Of a stretch of DNA of 32,000 bases, positions 1 through 11,293 are shown piece after piece; positions within the stretch are counted from its first letter, which is position 1, and each line of letters begins with the position of its first letter. The stretch comes from Pasteurella multocida (lineage in GTDB: Bacteria; Pseudomonadota; Gammaproteobacteria; Enterobacterales; Pasteurellaceae): positions 1,980,001-2,012,000 of the forward strand of contig NZ_LT906458.1 of NCBI RefSeq assembly GCF_900187275.1. The letters run 5' to 3'. Both the position numbers and the translations under genes were made by a program. The notes beneath the pieces are model-generated. The model ran no database searches, was not told where the DNA came from, and was given only the letters and a program-made list of their open reading frames with translations.

Positions 1-2
1 AG

Positions 3-425
3 CCACTTTCATTTCAATCAGAAAGTAAAATCATTAAAGTCTTAGAGGAAACCTGTCCTGAATGCCGACATCCTTTGGTATTGAAACAAGGGCATTTTGG
101 CATGTTTATTGGTTGTAGCCACTATCCAGAATGCCATTTTGTGGTGCATGACGAACCCGAGGAACAAGCAGAAGAAACGATCCCTTGTCCCGATTGCCAA
201 CAAGGCGGATTGGTGGCTCGTCGTGGTCGTCAGGGCAAAGTCTTTTATGGCTGTGATCGCTTTCCTCATTGCAAATTTACCTTAGCGGCTAAGCCCTATT
301 TGGTCGCCTGTCCAGCGTGTGGGAGTTCAGTTTGTACCTTGAAAAAAGAAACGGACACTCAGCGCACTTTTCAATGTGCGAACAAACGTTGTCGCCATAT
401 TTTTAACTCGGAAATCACATCTTAA
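3..425 (+). CDS. yrdD: Topoisomerase-I-type C4 zinc-ribbon protein (YrdD-like), 5' end cut by window edge
   Basis: Frame 3 is open from nt 3 ([30 protein letters not shown]...), so the listed 75..425 ORF (TTG at 75) is only the tail. Three zinc-ribbon repeats are present (CPEC..CSHYPEC, CPDC..CDRFPHC, CPAC..C..C). The stop overlaps the tsaC start (TAATG at 423-427). yrdD-tsaC-aroE synteny. Confidence 0.7.
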   Translation, partial: PLSFQSESKIIKVLEETCPECRHPLVLKQGHFGMFIGCSHYPECHFVVHDEPEEQAEETIPCPDCQQGGLVARRGRQGKVFYGCDRFPHCKFTLAAKPYLVACPACGSSVCTLKKETDTQRTFQCANKRCRHIFNSEITS

Positions 426-976
426 TGAACATTCAACAAATCGTCGAACAACTTAAACAAAATGAAGTCGTCGCCTATCCGACCGAAGCGGTCTTTGGTT
501 TAGGTTGTAATCCCAATAGCGAAAGTGCGGTGCAAAAATTATTGGTGTTGAAACAACGCCCCGTCGAAAAAGGGCTGATTTTAGTCGCGCCTTGTTTGGA
601 CTATTTCTTGCCCTTTATAGACACCACAGCATTTAGCCAAGCCGATTGGGATCGTTTACAGGCTAAATATGATCGCCCTACGACGTGGGTTGTGCCAGCG
701 AAAACGACGACGCCCAAATTTTTAACAGGACAGTTTGACAGCATTGCGGTGCGTTTATGTGATCATCCGGCTGTGAAACAGCTGTGCGAACAAGCCGGTT
801 TTGCGTTGACTTCAACCAGTGCCAATTTGACGACTTTGCCACCTTGTCGTACGGCAGAAGAAGTCAAAACACAATTCGGGGCGGATTTTCCGGTATTGGA
901 TTTGCCTGTGGGAGAAGCAACCAATCCTTCTGAAATTCGTGATCTTTTTACTCATCAACTGTTTAGACAAGGTTAA
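425..976 (+). CDS. tsaC: Threonylcarbamoyl-AMP synthase TsaC (YrdC/RimN family)
   Basis: 183 aa with the YrdC-domain motif [16 protein letters not shown] and LTSTSAN. Placed between yrdD and aroE as in E. coli. Confidence 0.9.
   Translation: MNIQQIVEQLKQNEVVAYPTEAVFGLGCNPNSESAVQKLLVLKQRPVEKGLILVAPCLDYFLPFIDTTAFSQADWDRLQAKYDRPTTWVVPAKTTTPKFLTGQFDSIAVRLCDHPAVKQLCEQAGFALTSTSANLTTLPPCRTAEEVKTQFGADFPVLDLPVGEATNPSEIRDLFTHQLFRQG
523..531 (+). repeat. USS core AAGTGCGGT
   Basis: Exact 9-mer, inside tsaC. Confidence 0.9.
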
Positions 977-1789
<813 letters not shown>

Positions 1790-1798
1790 AAAAACTGC

Positions 1799-1838
1799 AA
1801 AAAAACACCGCACTTTTATACAAAGGCGGTGGTTTTTT
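1799..1838. terminator. Bidirectional rho-independent terminator between aroE (+) and lsrK (-), built on a USS
   Basis: A7 run, stem CACCGC(1806-1811)/GCGGTG(1826-1831) extended by CTTT/AAAG inner pairs, then a T6 run (1833-1838). Contains ACCGCACTT at 1807-1815. Confidence 0.75.
1807..1815 (-). repeat. USS core (ACCGCACTT on + strand)
   Basis: Exact 9-mer, in the aroE/lsrK terminator. Confidence 0.9.
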
Positions 1839-1853
1839 GTTGCCAAGCGGGGA

Positions 1854-3422
1854 TTAGAGACCCGGCGCTTTCCACAGCGAAGTGGTTAATCCGCTATCAA
1901 CCAGCTGTAACTGTTTGGCATAGACATCAGCCCATTTTGCTTTATGTTTCTGATAAAGTTGATAATTCTCTGGATTCGGTTGGTGTTGACGTTCAAATTT
2001 GACTAATTTCTTGCCTGCTTCACTGAGTGACGGGTAGAGTCCGACCCCGACACCTGCAGCAATCGCACAGCCCAGTGCGGTGGCTTCTTTGACCACCGGG
2101 ATATTTACTACTAAGCCGGTCACATCGGCGAGAATTTGGCTCCAAAGTTTGCCTTTTGATCCACCGCCAGCGAAGACGATGGAAGTGAGGTTGACCCCCG
2201 AGAATTTTTCTACTTGATCTAAGTTGTAAGAAGACACTATGGCGGCATTTTCTTCTAACGCACGGAATAAGACCGGTTTATTACATTTTTCTGGATCAAT
2301 GGAGAGATTCACAAAAGACGGTGCCGCGTGATACCAAGATTTAAAGTGCATGGCATCGGAGAAAATCGGAATGACATCATTTGCGCCGACAGGCACACGT
2401 TCTGCCATTTGTTCTAATAAAGTATAGGTATCAATGCCTAAGCGTTCCGCTAGGATTTTCTCTTCTTGGCAAAACGCATCTCTAAACCAACGCATCGTTA
2501 AACCAGTAAAGAAACTAATGGATTCTGCTTGTACTAAAGGTGCAACAACATGGGGGTTAATCCGGACATTCATCTCAGGATCCGTGACGGGTTCAGGTAA
2601 ATTGACAACTTGTTGCCAGAATGTTCCACCAATGACCGCCGCTTGAGATGGCTCTGTAATGCCTAATCCAATACAGCCTAATTGCACATCACCGCCACCT
2701 ACTACGACAGGGGTGCCAGCATGTAAACCGGTTTGTTGGGCGACAAGCGTGCTGACGTTGCCGAGGATCTCACCGGTCTCTTTTACTGGAGTTAAAATAT
2801 CGCTATTGAGCCCTGCCATAGCCAGTAGTTCAGGTGCCCATTGTCGTGTTTTGAGATTGAGTATGCCGGTGGTGCCTGCATTGGACGGTTCTACGGCAAG
2901 TTCACCACTTAGCATAAAGCCAAGCCAGTCACTGATCATGGTCATGGCTTTCGTTTGTTGATAAATATCAGGACGATGGTGGGCGAGCCACAATAAACGA
3001 GGAACCGCACTCAGGGCAAGGGTTTGCCCTGAAATGGCATACAATTTTTCTTCAAAGCGGTGATCACAGCGTGCTTTTAATTCATTGACTTCTTCTGTGG
3101 CGCGGGCATCCACATTACCACAAGCCCAAATCGGTTGTTTATTTTCATCATATAACACAATGCCTTCACGCATGGAACAGGTTGAGATGGCGGCAATCTG
3201 TTGTGCTGGAATCTGGGATTTTTGGAGTGCTTGTTGGATGCAGTCACAAGCAAGTTGCCAGTTCGTGTTGAGATCAAATTCCATTGATCCAGGAATATTG
3301 GGATCAGCGAGGTGCGTCCATTCCCGTTGGGCAGCGACAATTTGATTCCCGTCTAAGTCAAAAATGACCGCACGTACACTCCCGGTCCCAGCATCAAGTG
3401 CCATAAGATATTGATTGCTCAT
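1854..3422 (-). CDS. lsrK: Autoinducer-2 kinase LsrK (FGGY carbohydrate kinase family)
   Basis: 522 aa FGGY kinase ([16 protein letters not shown]..., ...[20 protein letters not shown]). RBS AGGAG upstream of the ATG at 3422. Downstream of lsrR and divergent from lsrACDBFG. Confidence 0.9.
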   Translation of the reverse strand: MSNQYLMALDAGTGSVRAVIFDLDGNQIVAAQREWTHLADPNIPGSMEFDLNTNWQLACDCIQQALQKSQIPAQQIAAISTCSMREGIVLYDENKQPIWACGNVDARATEEVNELKARCDHRFEEKLYAISGQTLALSAVPRLLWLAHHRPDIYQQTKAMTMISDWLGFMLSGELAVEPSNAGTTGILNLKTRQWAPELLAMAGLNSDILTPVKETGEILGNVSTLVAQQTGLHAGTPVVVGGGDVQLGCIGLGITEPSQAAVIGGTFWQQVVNLPEPVTDPEMNVRINPHVVAPLVQAESISFFTGLTMRWFRDAFCQEEKILAERLGIDTYTLLEQMAERVPVGANDVIPIFSDAMHFKSWYHAAPSFVNLSIDPEKCNKPVLFRALEENAAIVSSYNLDQVEKFSGVNLTSIVFAGGGSKGKLWSQILADVTGLVVNIPVVKEATALGCAIAAGVGVGLYPSLSEAGKKLVKFERQHQPNPENYQLYQKHKAKWADVYAKQLQLVDSGLTTSLWKAPGL

Positions 3423-3468
3423 TGATTTCTCCTTTCGCTGTAAGGAAGTAAAAGGAGCTCTTATCGCA

Positions 3469-4434
3469 TCACACTAAGGCGGCTAACATCATTCGAGCTG
3501 TTTTTTCTTCCGTTACTAATGAATTAATATGTTGTCCATATAAGGCACTTAGGATGGCTTCGACTTTGTCTTCACCACCCGCAATGCCAATCACATTTGG
3601 GATTTTTTTCAAATTATCGAGCGTGACGCTAATCAGTTCTTCGTGTAAGGGCATATCCGGCTGGAGCTGTCCGTCTTTTTGCATAAAGTAGCCGAGAATA
3701 TCACCTACCGCACCTTGTTCACGTATTAAACGTTGTTTTTCTTCGGTAATGTAACCAGTGCGCAGCAATGTGGCTTGCCCTTTCTGGCGCGTGGCGCCGA
3801 TGCCAACAATGGCAGCATCGGCATGACAGGCCGCAAGCATAATATCTCTAACACAGGCTTCTCGTTTAAAGAGCTTTGCTGCTTCAATCGAAGACGCGCG
3901 TAAAGGTGCGGGAATAATACTGACGGAACAAGAGCCATCCAACTGACCTATCCCTTTCATATAAGGTCCCACCCCACCAGATAACGTAATCAACTTCAGA
4001 TGATTGTGTGTAATAAACTCATTACTGTGCTTAATCGTTTGCATAATGGTTTCACCAAAACCAATCGCTAAGCGCTGATTGGGCTTTAGCATCGACATCA
4101 GCATTTGTGATGCCCCAATCCCTAAACGTTCATTGATTTCGTTTTTTTCTAACGCCGGCAAAATACGTATGTGTTTTAACTGAAAATGTTCTTTCAGTGC
4201 TTCTTCTAATTCAAGGCAACCGGTAAAACGTGAGTTAATCTGGACTTTAATAATGCCTTGTTGTCGTCCTTTTTCTAATAAACGTGATACTTTTAAACGA
4301 GGTAAACCCAATTTATCACCAATTTCCCCTTGTGTGAGATTATCGTGGTAATAGAACCACGCAATTCGTGCAAGTAGCTCTTCTTCACTCATCGTTTGGC
4401 TAGCATCAAGGGTTTCAAATTTATTGTCTATCAT
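3469..4434 (-). CDS. lsrR: Transcriptional repressor LsrR (SorC family)
   Basis: 321 aa. N-terminal HTH ([21 protein letters not shown]) plus a SorC-type sugar-phosphate binding domain. 46 nt upstream of lsrK and divergent from lsrA. Confidence 0.88.
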   Translation of the reverse strand: MIDNKFETLDASQTMSEEELLARIAWFYYHDNLTQGEIGDKLGLPRLKVSRLLEKGRQQGIIKVQINSRFTGCLELEEALKEHFQLKHIRILPALEKNEINERLGIGASQMLMSMLKPNQRLAIGFGETIMQTIKHSNEFITHNHLKLITLSGGVGPYMKGIGQLDGSCSVSIIPAPLRASSIEAAKLFKREACVRDIMLAACHADAAIVGIGATRQKGQATLLRTGYITEEKQRLIREQGAVGDILGYFMQKDGQLQPDMPLHEELISVTLDNLKKIPNVIGIAGGEDKVEAILSALYGQHINSLVTEEKTARMMLAALV

Positions 4435-4514
4435 AGTTATATTCTCAATGGCTTAATGCATTATTCATTTGTTTAATTTTATTATCAACTGTTCATTTTA
4501 CTTTTTTATTTAAT

Positions 4515-4530
4515 TGTGAGGAAGATCACT
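4515..4530. promoter_or_regulatory. Candidate CRP binding site in the lsrR-lsrA divergent region
   Basis: TGTGA-ggaaga-TCACT versus consensus TGTGA-N6-TCACA (9/10). lsr promoters are CRP-dependent in E. coli. Confidence 0.5.
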
Positions 4531-4586
4531 TTTTCATAATAAATAAGCAATTTTGCGCTATTTTATCACAACTTTTGATCTGTTTT

Positions 4587-4602
4587 TGTGATCTTGATCG
4601 CG
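4587..4602. promoter_or_regulatory. Second, weaker CRP-like site, positioned for a class II lsrA promoter
   Basis: TGTGA-tcttga-TCGCG (8/10). A -10-like GATAAT at 4627-4632 lies about 35 bp from the site centre. Confidence 0.3.
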
Positions 4603-4633
4603 GAAATATTGCTATTTAGTGATTAAGATAATT

Positions 4634-4663
4634 AACAAATGATAAATTAAAAAATCATTTGTT
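4634..4663. promoter_or_regulatory. Perfect inverted repeat, candidate LsrR operator at the lsrA promoter/5' UTR
   Basis: AACAAATGAT (4634-4643), 10-nt spacer, ATCATTTGTT (4654-4663). Sits 24 nt before the lsrA ATG, just after the -10-like GATAAT. The right arm is part of a 15-mer repeated next to lsrR. Confidence 0.45.
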
Positions 4664-4686
4664 CAATTTGTAGGGAAGAGAACATT

Positions 4687-6204
4687 ATGCAATCCGACAA
4701 TTTAGAAACGAAATGCTTATTAGATGCGCGTCATATCAGCAAGTCTTTTTCCGGTGTAGAAGTATTAAAAGCCATTGATTTTTCATTGTATGCCGGTGAA
4801 GTGCATGCCTTATTAGGTGGAAATGGGGCAGGTAAGTCCACCTTAATGAAAATAATTGCTGGGATTCAGCCGCCAGATAGTGGCGAATTGCTCATTAAAG
4901 GCAAACGACAGGCAGGGCTTTCACCAAATAAAGCACATCAACTCGGTATTTATTTAGTACCACAAGAACCTTTATTGTTTCCAAATTTAAGCGTGAAAGA
5001 GAATATTTTATTTGGGCTAGCGAACACGGCGGAAAATGAGAAAAAACTGACCGCACTTTTATCTGAATTGAACTCACATTTGAAATTAGATATGCAAGCC
5101 GGTTTGCTTGAAGTGGCGGATCAGCAAATTGTGGAAATCATGCGTGGTTTAATGCGTAATGCCGAGATTTTGATTTTGGATGAGCCTACGGCGTCGTTGA
5201 CACCGGCTGAAACAAATAACTTCTTTCGCAAAATTAACTCATTACTCAATAAAGGTGTGGGGATTGTGTTTATTTCGCATAAATTACCCGAAGTTTGGCA
5301 AATTTCACATCGTATTAGTGTGATGCGAGATGGTTATATTGCCTTAGCTGGAAAAACAGATGAACTCAATAGTGATGAGGTTATCAGTGCGATTACGCCG
5401 AAAGCCAAATCGACTCGCTTAACGGAAGCACAGAAACTGTGGTTAGAGCTACCGGGGCATCATCGGGTTAAATCAACAGATCAACCCATTCTTCGTGTTG
5501 AGAACCTGACAGGCGAAGGGTTTAAGCATGTTTCCTTTTCAATTTATCCCGGTGAAATTTTAGGGTTAGCAGGTGTCGTGGGAGCGGGACGTACCGAGCT
5601 GGCTGAAACCCTGTATGGTTTGCGCCAAAAAAAATCGGGTGAAATTGTTTTCAACCAGCAAGAGATTAGTCAAATGAGCATCAAGCAGCGATTGGAGGAA
5701 GGGATTGTCTATTTACCAGAAGACAGACAAGCATCTGGTCTTTATTTAGATGCGCCACTGACCTGGAATGCTTGTGCTTTAACCTATAACAACATGGGAT
5801 TGTGGATTAATACGGCACGAGAAAGCGCCATTTTAGAACGTTACCATCGTGCTATCGGAATTAAGTTTAGCGATGAACAACAAGCGGCGAGAACGTTATC
5901 GGGTGGAAATCAACAAAAAGTGTTAATTGCTAAGTGCTTAGAGGCCGATCCGGCTTTATTGATTGTCGATGAACCAACACGTGGTGTAGATGTAGGGGCA
6001 CGTGCCGATATTTATCAATTAATTCAAAGTGTGGCGAAGCAAAATGTGGCGGTGCTTTTTATTTCTTCAGATCTAGAGGAAATTGAAAAAATGTCTGATC
6101 GCGTGCTAGTGATGCATGATGGGCAGCTTAGTGAATCGCTAGTGGGATCGGCGATCAATACAGCGAATATTATGAATATGGCATTTGGCGCGACAAAGGC
6201 ATAA
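4687..6204 (+). CDS. lsrA: AI-2 ABC transporter ATP-binding protein LsrA (duplicated ATPase)
   Basis: 505 aa with two Walker A motifs ([18 protein letters not shown]) and the signature LSGGNQQK. First gene of the operon. Confidence 0.9.
   Translation: MQSDNLETKCLLDARHISKSFSGVEVLKAIDFSLYAGEVHALLGGNGAGKSTLMKIIAGIQPPDSGELLIKGKRQAGLSPNKAHQLGIYLVPQEPLLFPNLSVKENILFGLANTAENEKKLTALLSELNSHLKLDMQAGLLEVADQQIVEIMRGLMRNAEILILDEPTASLTPAETNNFFRKINSLLNKGVGIVFISHKLPEVWQISHRISVMRDGYIALAGKTDELNSDEVISAITPKAKSTRLTEAQKLWLELPGHHRVKSTDQPILRVENLTGEGFKHVSFSIYPGEILGLAGVVGAGRTELAETLYGLRQKKSGEIVFNQQEISQMSIKQRLEEGIVYLPEDRQASGLYLDAPLTWNACALTYNNMGLWINTARESAILERYHRAIGIKFSDEQQAARTLSGGNQQKVLIAKCLEADPALLIVDEPTRGVDVGARADIYQLIQSVAKQNVAVLFISSDLEEIEKMSDRVLVMHDGQLSESLVGSAINTANIMNMAFGATKA
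5050..5058 (-). repeat. USS core (ACCGCACTT on + strand)
   Basis: Exact 9-mer, inside lsrA. Confidence 0.9.
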
Positions 6205-6216
6205 GGGGCATAAGGT

Positions 6217-7209
6217 ATGTGGAAATTTATACAAGATAACCGTGAATTAACCATTGTCTTTGCGATCGGATTGCTGTTTACCTTACTCAGTCTTGGAGGC
6301 AGCGGCTTTCATTTACAAACGTTGGCAATGATTTTTAACTCGGCACAAATTGTGATTTTGCTGGCGATTGGTGCCACGTTTGTCATTTTGACGCGCAATA
6401 TTGATGTGTCGGTGGGTTCAACGATGGGCTTATGTGCCGTCATTGCCGGTAGTTTACTTAATGCCGGATTTGGTGCGAGCGCTTTTGTGATTACTCTATG
6501 TTGTGGGCTGTTGGCTGGTTTATTTAATGGCATTTTAGTCACACTACTACGTATCCCTGCCATTGTGGCGACCTTAGGAACACTTGGATTGTATAAAGGT
6601 ATTATGTTGCTAATTACAGGTGGTAAATGGATTGAGGGCTTACCACAGGATTTAAAAACCTTGTCTGCGCCAGCATTTTTGCACATTTCGCCGATCGGTT
6701 GGCTACTTTTAGGCTTGATTGGCTTAACGTATTTCTTTTTAACCAAAATGAAAGCAGGGCGTGATTTTTATGCCGTAGGTGACAATTTGCAGGGCGCATT
6801 ACAATTAGGTGTGCGTGTGAATCAGGTACGAATTGCCGCCTTTGCCATTAACGGTACGATGGCGGCATTAGCCGGTATTGTGTTTGCCTCACAAATCGGC
6901 TTTGTGCCTAACTCAACGGGGAATGGATTAGAAATGAAAGCGATTGCTGCTTGTGTGTTAGGTGGGATTAGCTTACTTGGTGGGGCGGGGAACATTATTG
7001 GTGCTGTTTTAGGTGCCTATTTCCTGATCCAAATTGACTCTATTTTGGTGTTGTTAAAAGTGCCTGCTTATTGGAATAACTTTGTAGCAGGTTTAGTGCT
7101 CTTAGCGGTCTTGGTGTTTGACGGACGTATTCGCGTGATGATTAACAATAATATTAAACTTCAGCGTTATGCCCGTTTCTTAAAAGACGATCAAGATGCG
7201 GTGAAATAA
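6217..7209 (+). CDS. lsrC: AI-2 ABC transporter permease LsrC
   Basis: 330 aa polytopic ribose-type permease. Colinear with my recollection of E. coli LsrC ([10 protein letters not shown]..., [26 protein letters not shown]). Confidence 0.9.
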   Translation: MWKFIQDNRELTIVFAIGLLFTLLSLGGSGFHLQTLAMIFNSAQIVILLAIGATFVILTRNIDVSVGSTMGLCAVIAGSLLNAGFGASAFVITLCCGLLAGLFNGILVTLLRIPAIVATLGTLGLYKGIMLLITGGKWIEGLPQDLKTLSAPAFLHISPIGWLLLGLIGLTYFFLTKMKAGRDFYAVGDNLQGALQLGVRVNQVRIAAFAINGTMAALAGIVFASQIGFVPNSTGNGLEMKAIAACVLGGISLLGGAGNIIGAVLGAYFLIQIDSILVLLKVPAYWNNFVAGLVLLAVLVFDGRIRVMINNNIKLQRYARFLKDDQDAVK

Positions 7210-7222
7210 GGGGAAGCAAAGG

Positions 7223-8224
7223 ATGTTTAACATGAAAAAATACAGTTGGGAAATCGCCCTATTTTGCTTAGTGATTATTGAAATTTTAGGCTTTGGTATG
7301 TTTAATCCGCGCATGTTGGATCTCAATGTGCTGCTCTATAGTACCAGTGATTTTATTTATATCGGTATGCTTGCTTTACCGCTGACCATGATTATTGTGT
7401 CAGGGGGGATGGATATTTCGTTTGGTTCAACAGTCGGGTTATGTGCGATCTTTTTGGGGGTATTATTTAAATCGGATGTCCCGCTCAGCTTGGCGATTCC
7501 ATTAACTTTCTTAGTAGGTATTTTATGTGGGGTGGTGAATGCAAGTCTGATTCTTTATACCAAAGTTAACCCGTTAGTGATTACATTAGGAACCATGTAT
7601 TTATTTGGGGGCGGGGCATTATTATTGTCTGGTTTTGCAGGTGCCACTGGTTATGAAGGCATCGGAGGTTTTCCTGAAAGCTTATTAGAATTTGCCAACC
7701 AAACCCTATTTGGTATTCCGACCCCGATTATTTACTTTTTATTGATGACGCTGGTCTTTTGGTTATTGATGCATAAAACCACTATTGGACGCAGTATTTT
7801 CTTAATTGGGCAGAGTGAACGGACTTCACGTTATAGTGCCGTGCCGATCACAGGTACATTGTATATTATTTATTCAGCGATCGGTGTCGTGGCAGCGTTT
7901 GTGGGGATTTTGTTAGTGTCCTATTTTGGCTCTGCGCGTTCTGATCTTGGCAGTTCTCTCTTAATGCCCGTCTTGACGGCGGTTGTACTGGGCGGCGCGA
8001 ATATTTATGGTGGATCAGGTTCTATCATTGGCACAGCAATTGCCGCACTTCTGATTGGGTATTTGCAACAAGGACTACAAATGGTCGGTGTTTCAAATGA
8101 AATATCCAGTGCATTATCAGGTGCGTTACTCATTATTGTTTTAATCGGAAAATCTATTAGTTTGCACTACGGTGCCATTGTGCAATGGATTCATCGAAAA
8201 ACGAAAAGCGAGTCAACTCATTAA
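7223..8224 (+). CDS. lsrD: AI-2 ABC transporter permease LsrD
   Basis: 333 aa permease ([38 protein letters not shown]). An alternative in-frame start at ATG 7232 (MKKYSWE...) aligns better with E. coli LsrD. Both starts have RBS-like purine runs. Confidence 0.88.
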   Translation: MFNMKKYSWEIALFCLVIIEILGFGMFNPRMLDLNVLLYSTSDFIYIGMLALPLTMIIVSGGMDISFGSTVGLCAIFLGVLFKSDVPLSLAIPLTFLVGILCGVVNASLILYTKVNPLVITLGTMYLFGGGALLLSGFAGATGYEGIGGFPESLLEFANQTLFGIPTPIIYFLLMTLVFWLLMHKTTIGRSIFLIGQSERTSRYSAVPITGTLYIIYSAIGVVAAFVGILLVSYFGSARSDLGSSLLMPVLTAVVLGGANIYGGSGSIIGTAIAALLIGYLQQGLQMVGVSNEISSALSGALLIIVLIGKSISLHYGAIVQWIHRKTKSESTH

Positions 8225-8253
8225 TGTTTCTATCCGAAGAAGGAGAATTAACT

Positions 8254-9270
8254 ATGAAAAATCAATTAAAAGCTACCGCACTTGCCATTGCTGTTGGATT
8301 ATCTGCTTTAGGGACAGCGCAAGCCGCCGATCGTATTGCCTTTATTCCAAAGCTCGTCGGGGTAGGATTTTTTACCAGTGGTGGACAAGGTGCAACAGAA
8401 ATGGGCAAAACATTAGGGGTAGATGTGACTTACGATGGTCCAACAGAACCGAGTGTGTCTAACCAAGTACAATTAATCAATAACTTTGTGAACCAAGGTT
8501 ATAACGCTATTGTTGTTTCTGCGGTATCACCAGATGGGTTGTGTTCTACCTTACAACGTGCGATGAAACGTGGTGTGAAAGTATTAACTTGGGACTCCGA
8601 TACGAAACCTGAATGTCGTAGTCACTATATTAACCAAGGTACACCAGAACAGTTAGGTTCTATGTTAGTTGACATGGCATCAAGTCAAATGAGCAAACCA
8701 AAAGCCAAAGTTGCCTTCTTCTATTCTAGCCCAACAGTAACTGACCAAAACCAATGGGTAAAAGAAGCGAAAGCGAAGATCGCTAAAGATCATCCAGAAT
8801 GGGAAATCGTGACGACCCAATTTGGTTATAACGATGCGATTAAATCCTTACAAACAGCAGAAGGTATTTTAAAAGCCTATCCAGATTTAGATGCGATTAT
8901 CGCGCCAGACGCCAATGCATTGCCAGCCGCCGCGCAAGCAGCGGAAAATTTGAAAGTGAACAATGTAGTTATCGTAGGCTTTAGTACACCAAATGTGATG
9001 CGCCCATATGTGAAACGTGGCACCGTGAAACAATTCGGTTTATGGGATGTGGTCCAACAAGGCAAAATTTCCATTGCAGTGGCGAATGAGTTATTAAAAG
9101 GTAAGGCATTGAATGTCGGTGATAAAGTGGATGTACAAGGTATTGGTACGGTCGAAGTGTCACCAAATAAAGTACAAGGTTATGAATATGAGGCGAAAGG
9201 TAATGGCATTATCTTATTACCAGAGCGCGTCGTGTTTACGAAAGAAAATATCGATAATTACAATTTCTAG
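8254..9270 (+). CDS. lsrB: Periplasmic AI-2 binding protein LsrB
   Basis: ATG at 8254, 8 nt after AGGAG (8241-8245). Signal peptide [26 protein letters not shown]. Type I periplasmic binding fold; 338 aa matches LsrB length. The listed start at 8185 overlaps lsrD and lacks these features. Confidence 0.9.
   Translation: MKNQLKATALAIAVGLSALGTAQAADRIAFIPKLVGVGFFTSGGQGATEMGKTLGVDVTYDGPTEPSVSNQVQLINNFVNQGYNAIVVSAVSPDGLCSTLQRAMKRGVKVLTWDSDTKPECRSHYINQGTPEQLGSMLVDMASSQMSKPKAKVAFFYSSPTVTDQNQWVKEAKAKIAKDHPEWEIVTTQFGYNDAIKSLQTAEGILKAYPDLDAIIAPDANALPAAAQAAENLKVNNVVIVGFSTPNVMRPYVKRGTVKQFGLWDVVQQGKISIAVANELLKGKALNVGDKVDVQGIGTVEVSPNKVQGYEYEAKGNGIILLPERVVFTKENIDNYNF
8275..8283 (-). repeat. USS core (ACCGCACTT on + strand)
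   Basis: Exact 9-mer, in the lsrB signal-peptide codons. Confidence 0.9.
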
Positions 9271-9284
9271 TTGAGGAGAAGTCA

Positions 9285-10157
9285 ATGGCAGATTTAGATG
9301 ATATTAAAGACGGTAAAGATTTTGGATTAGATCGCCCGCAACAACATAAGGCGTTTTATTTGAAGGGATCGGGCGCACTGGATTGGGGCATGCAATCACG
9401 TTTAGCCGATATCTTTAATCCGAAGACCGGTAAAACTATCATGTTGGCATTTGATCATGGTTATTTCCAAGGTCCGACGACCGGATTAGAGCGTATTGAT
9501 TTACATATTGCACCGCTGTTTGAGTACACCGATGTGTTAATGTGTACACGTGGTATTTTACGTAGTGTTGTGCCACCAGAAACCCGTAAACCAGTTGTGT
9601 TAAGAGCCTCTGGTGCAAACTCGATCTTGACAGAGTTATCGAATGAAGCGGTCGCTGTTTCCGTTGAAGATGCATTACGTCTGAATGTGTCAGCAATGGC
9701 GGCACAGGTGTATATTGGTTCTGAGCACGAGCATCAATCCATTAAAAACATTATTCAATTAGTGGATCAAGGTACGCGTTATGGTATGCCAACCATGGCA
9801 GTAACAGGCGTGGGTAAAGATATGGCGCGTGATCAACGTTATTTCTCATTGGCGACGCGAATTGCTGCCGAAATGGGGGCACATATCATTAAAACCTATT
9901 ATGTGGATAAAGGTTTTGAGCGTATTACAGCGGGTTGCCCAGTGCCAATTGTGATTGCGGGTGGTAAAAAACTACCAGAACGCGAGGCACTTGAAATGTG
10001 TTATCAAGCCATTGATCAGGGCGCATTAGGTGTGGATATGGGACGTAATATTTTCCAATCTGAAGCACCGATTGCGATGTTGAAAGCGGTTCATGCTGTG
10101 GTACATGGCGGTGAAACAGCAGAAAAAGCTTATCAACTTTACCTTGATGAAAAATAA
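9285..10157 (+). CDS. lsrF: 3-hydroxy-5-phosphonooxypentane-2,4-dione thiolase LsrF (class I aldolase fold)
   Basis: 290 aa DhnA/aldolase-like protein directly after lsrB. Length and position match LsrF. Confidence 0.85.
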   Translation: MADLDDIKDGKDFGLDRPQQHKAFYLKGSGALDWGMQSRLADIFNPKTGKTIMLAFDHGYFQGPTTGLERIDLHIAPLFEYTDVLMCTRGILRSVVPPETRKPVVLRASGANSILTELSNEAVAVSVEDALRLNVSAMAAQVYIGSEHEHQSIKNIIQLVDQGTRYGMPTMAVTGVGKDMARDQRYFSLATRIAAEMGAHIIKTYYVDKGFERITAGCPVPIVIAGGKKLPEREALEMCYQAIDQGALGVDMGRNIFQSEAPIAMLKAVHAVVHGGETAEKAYQLYLDEK

Positions 10158-10175
10158 CGCGTGAATAAGCCTATC

Positions 10176-10231
10176 AAAGAGCGGTTGAAATTCGGTGAAA
10201 ACCAACCGCTCTTTTCATGATGTTTTTCTTT
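10176..10231 (+). terminator. Intra-operon terminator/attenuator-like hairpin between lsrF and lsrG
   Basis: Perfect 12-bp stem AAAGAGCGGTTG (10176-10187)/CAACCGCTCTTT (10203-10214) with a 15-nt loop, followed by the T-rich TTTTCATGATGTTTTTCTTT. Each arm is one mismatch from a USS core. Confidence 0.5.
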
Positions 10232-10248
10232 ATGTTAGGGAGTCGACT

Positions 10249-10563
10249 ATGTTTGCAATGTTAGTGGAAATCAATATTAAAGAAGGTAAAGAACAAGAAT
10301 TCCTAGAGGTTTTTGCACGCAACCATATTGGTACAAGACAAGAACCGGGTAACTTGCGTTTTGATGTATTACGCGATCCTGAAATCAAAACACGTTTTTA
10401 TGCTTATGAAGTGTACGTCAATGAACAAGCCTTAGAGGCGCATCGTCAAACGGCACATTACCATCGTTGTGTCGCAGAATTAGAACCTTTGATGACGGGG
10501 GCGAGAAGTAAAAAACTGTTTGATTGGGTCATGCCTGAGAACTTAACGAATGAATGTGGATAA
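10249..10563 (+). CDS. lsrG: Phospho-AI-2 (P-DPD) isomerase LsrG (ABM monooxygenase-like fold)
   Basis: ATG at 10249 after an AGGGAG-like RBS gives 104 aa (MFAMLVEINIKEGKEQEF...), matching LsrG size. The listed start at 10195 would run through the hairpin. Confidence 0.85.
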   Translation: MFAMLVEINIKEGKEQEFLEVFARNHIGTRQEPGNLRFDVLRDPEIKTRFYAYEVYVNEQALEAHRQTAHYHRCVAELEPLMTGARSKKLFDWVMPENLTNECG

Positions 10564-11245
10564 AAAACAGCTAATTCAACAATTAAAAACACAACCGATA
10601 AGCGTGGGCATTTTGGCTTCTGATTGGTTGAAATTCGCCGATACACTCACGACCTTATCGCGACATCATTTGCGTTTGTTGCACTTTGATATTGGAGATG
10701 GGCAATTTTCGCCTTTCTTTACTGTAGGTGCGCTTGCGGTGAAACAATTCCCGTCCCCTTGGCTTAAAGATGTACATTTAATGGTAAACGATCCTTTTCA
10801 TGTAGCTAAAGCCTGTGCTGATGCGGGGGCGGATATCATTACATTGCAAGTGGAACAGACAGACTGTCTGGCTGAAACGATAGGTTATCTACGGGAACAT
10901 TATCCCAATTTACTTATCGGACTGACACTTTGTCCTGATACAGAGATTGATTTGTTAACCCCTTATTTAGCGCAAATCGATTTAATTCAGATTCTGACCC
11001 TTGATCCGAGAACGGGTGTAAAAGCGGAAACAGATGCCGTCATTAAACGTATTACGCGAATAAGTAATGTGTTAGGGGAGCATCGCGATCAAAAATTGAT
11101 TTCTGTTGATGGCTCAATGAATTTAGCACTGGCAAGCCAATTATTTCCTTTGGGGATTGATTGGGTCGTCTCGGGTAGTGCGTTGTTTAGCCAAGAAGAT
11201 GTAGATGCCACGTTATCGGAATGGAAGACCCATCTCTGTCGCTAA
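10550..11245 (+). CDS. lsrE: Ribulose-phosphate 3-epimerase family protein, LsrE-like
   Basis: 231 aa with RPE-family motifs (LHFDIGDGQFSP, DVHLMV, GADIITLQ, SVDGSM, VSGSALF). Its start overlaps the lsrG 3' end by 14 nt. Last gene of the operon, as in Salmonella lsrACDBFGE. Confidence 0.75.
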   Translation: MNVDKKQLIQQLKTQPISVGILASDWLKFADTLTTLSRHHLRLLHFDIGDGQFSPFFTVGALAVKQFPSPWLKDVHLMVNDPFHVAKACADAGADIITLQVEQTDCLAETIGYLREHYPNLLIGLTLCPDTEIDLLTPYLAQIDLIQILTLDPRTGVKAETDAVIKRITRISNVLGEHRDQKLISVDGSMNLALASQLFPLGIDWVVSGSALFSQEDVDATLSEWKTHLCR

Positions 11246-11264
11246 TCAGTGTTTTGCGTATTTT

Positions 11265-11288
11265 TCTGCACCTAGTTTTAGGTGCAGA
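11265..11288. terminator. Perfect hairpin between convergent lsrE and rarD (non-canonical terminator)
   Basis: TCTGCACCTA-gttt-TAGGTGCAGA. A T5 run precedes it on the + strand (so an A5 run follows it on the - strand). No canonical U-tract in either direction. Confidence 0.4.
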
Positions 11289-11293
11289 TCATG

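Noticed and set aside
6309-6746. 145-aa antisense ORF inside lsrC. Similar shadow ORFs include 12698..13036, 16553..16852, 20250..20552, 2659..2961 and 29620..29907.
   Set aside because: All lie opposite or out of frame within genes with strong homology-type evidence. None has an RBS or recognisable motifs.
8185-8253. Upstream extension of lsrB (track start 8185)
   Set aside because: It would overlap lsrD by 40 nt and precede the signal peptide with 23 unrelated residues. ATG 8254 has an AGGAG RBS and yields a canonical signal peptide.
10195-10248. Upstream extension of lsrG (track start 10195)
   Set aside because: It would be translated through the 10176-10214 hairpin and adds 18 residues absent from LsrG-size proteins. 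ATG 10249 has an RBS.
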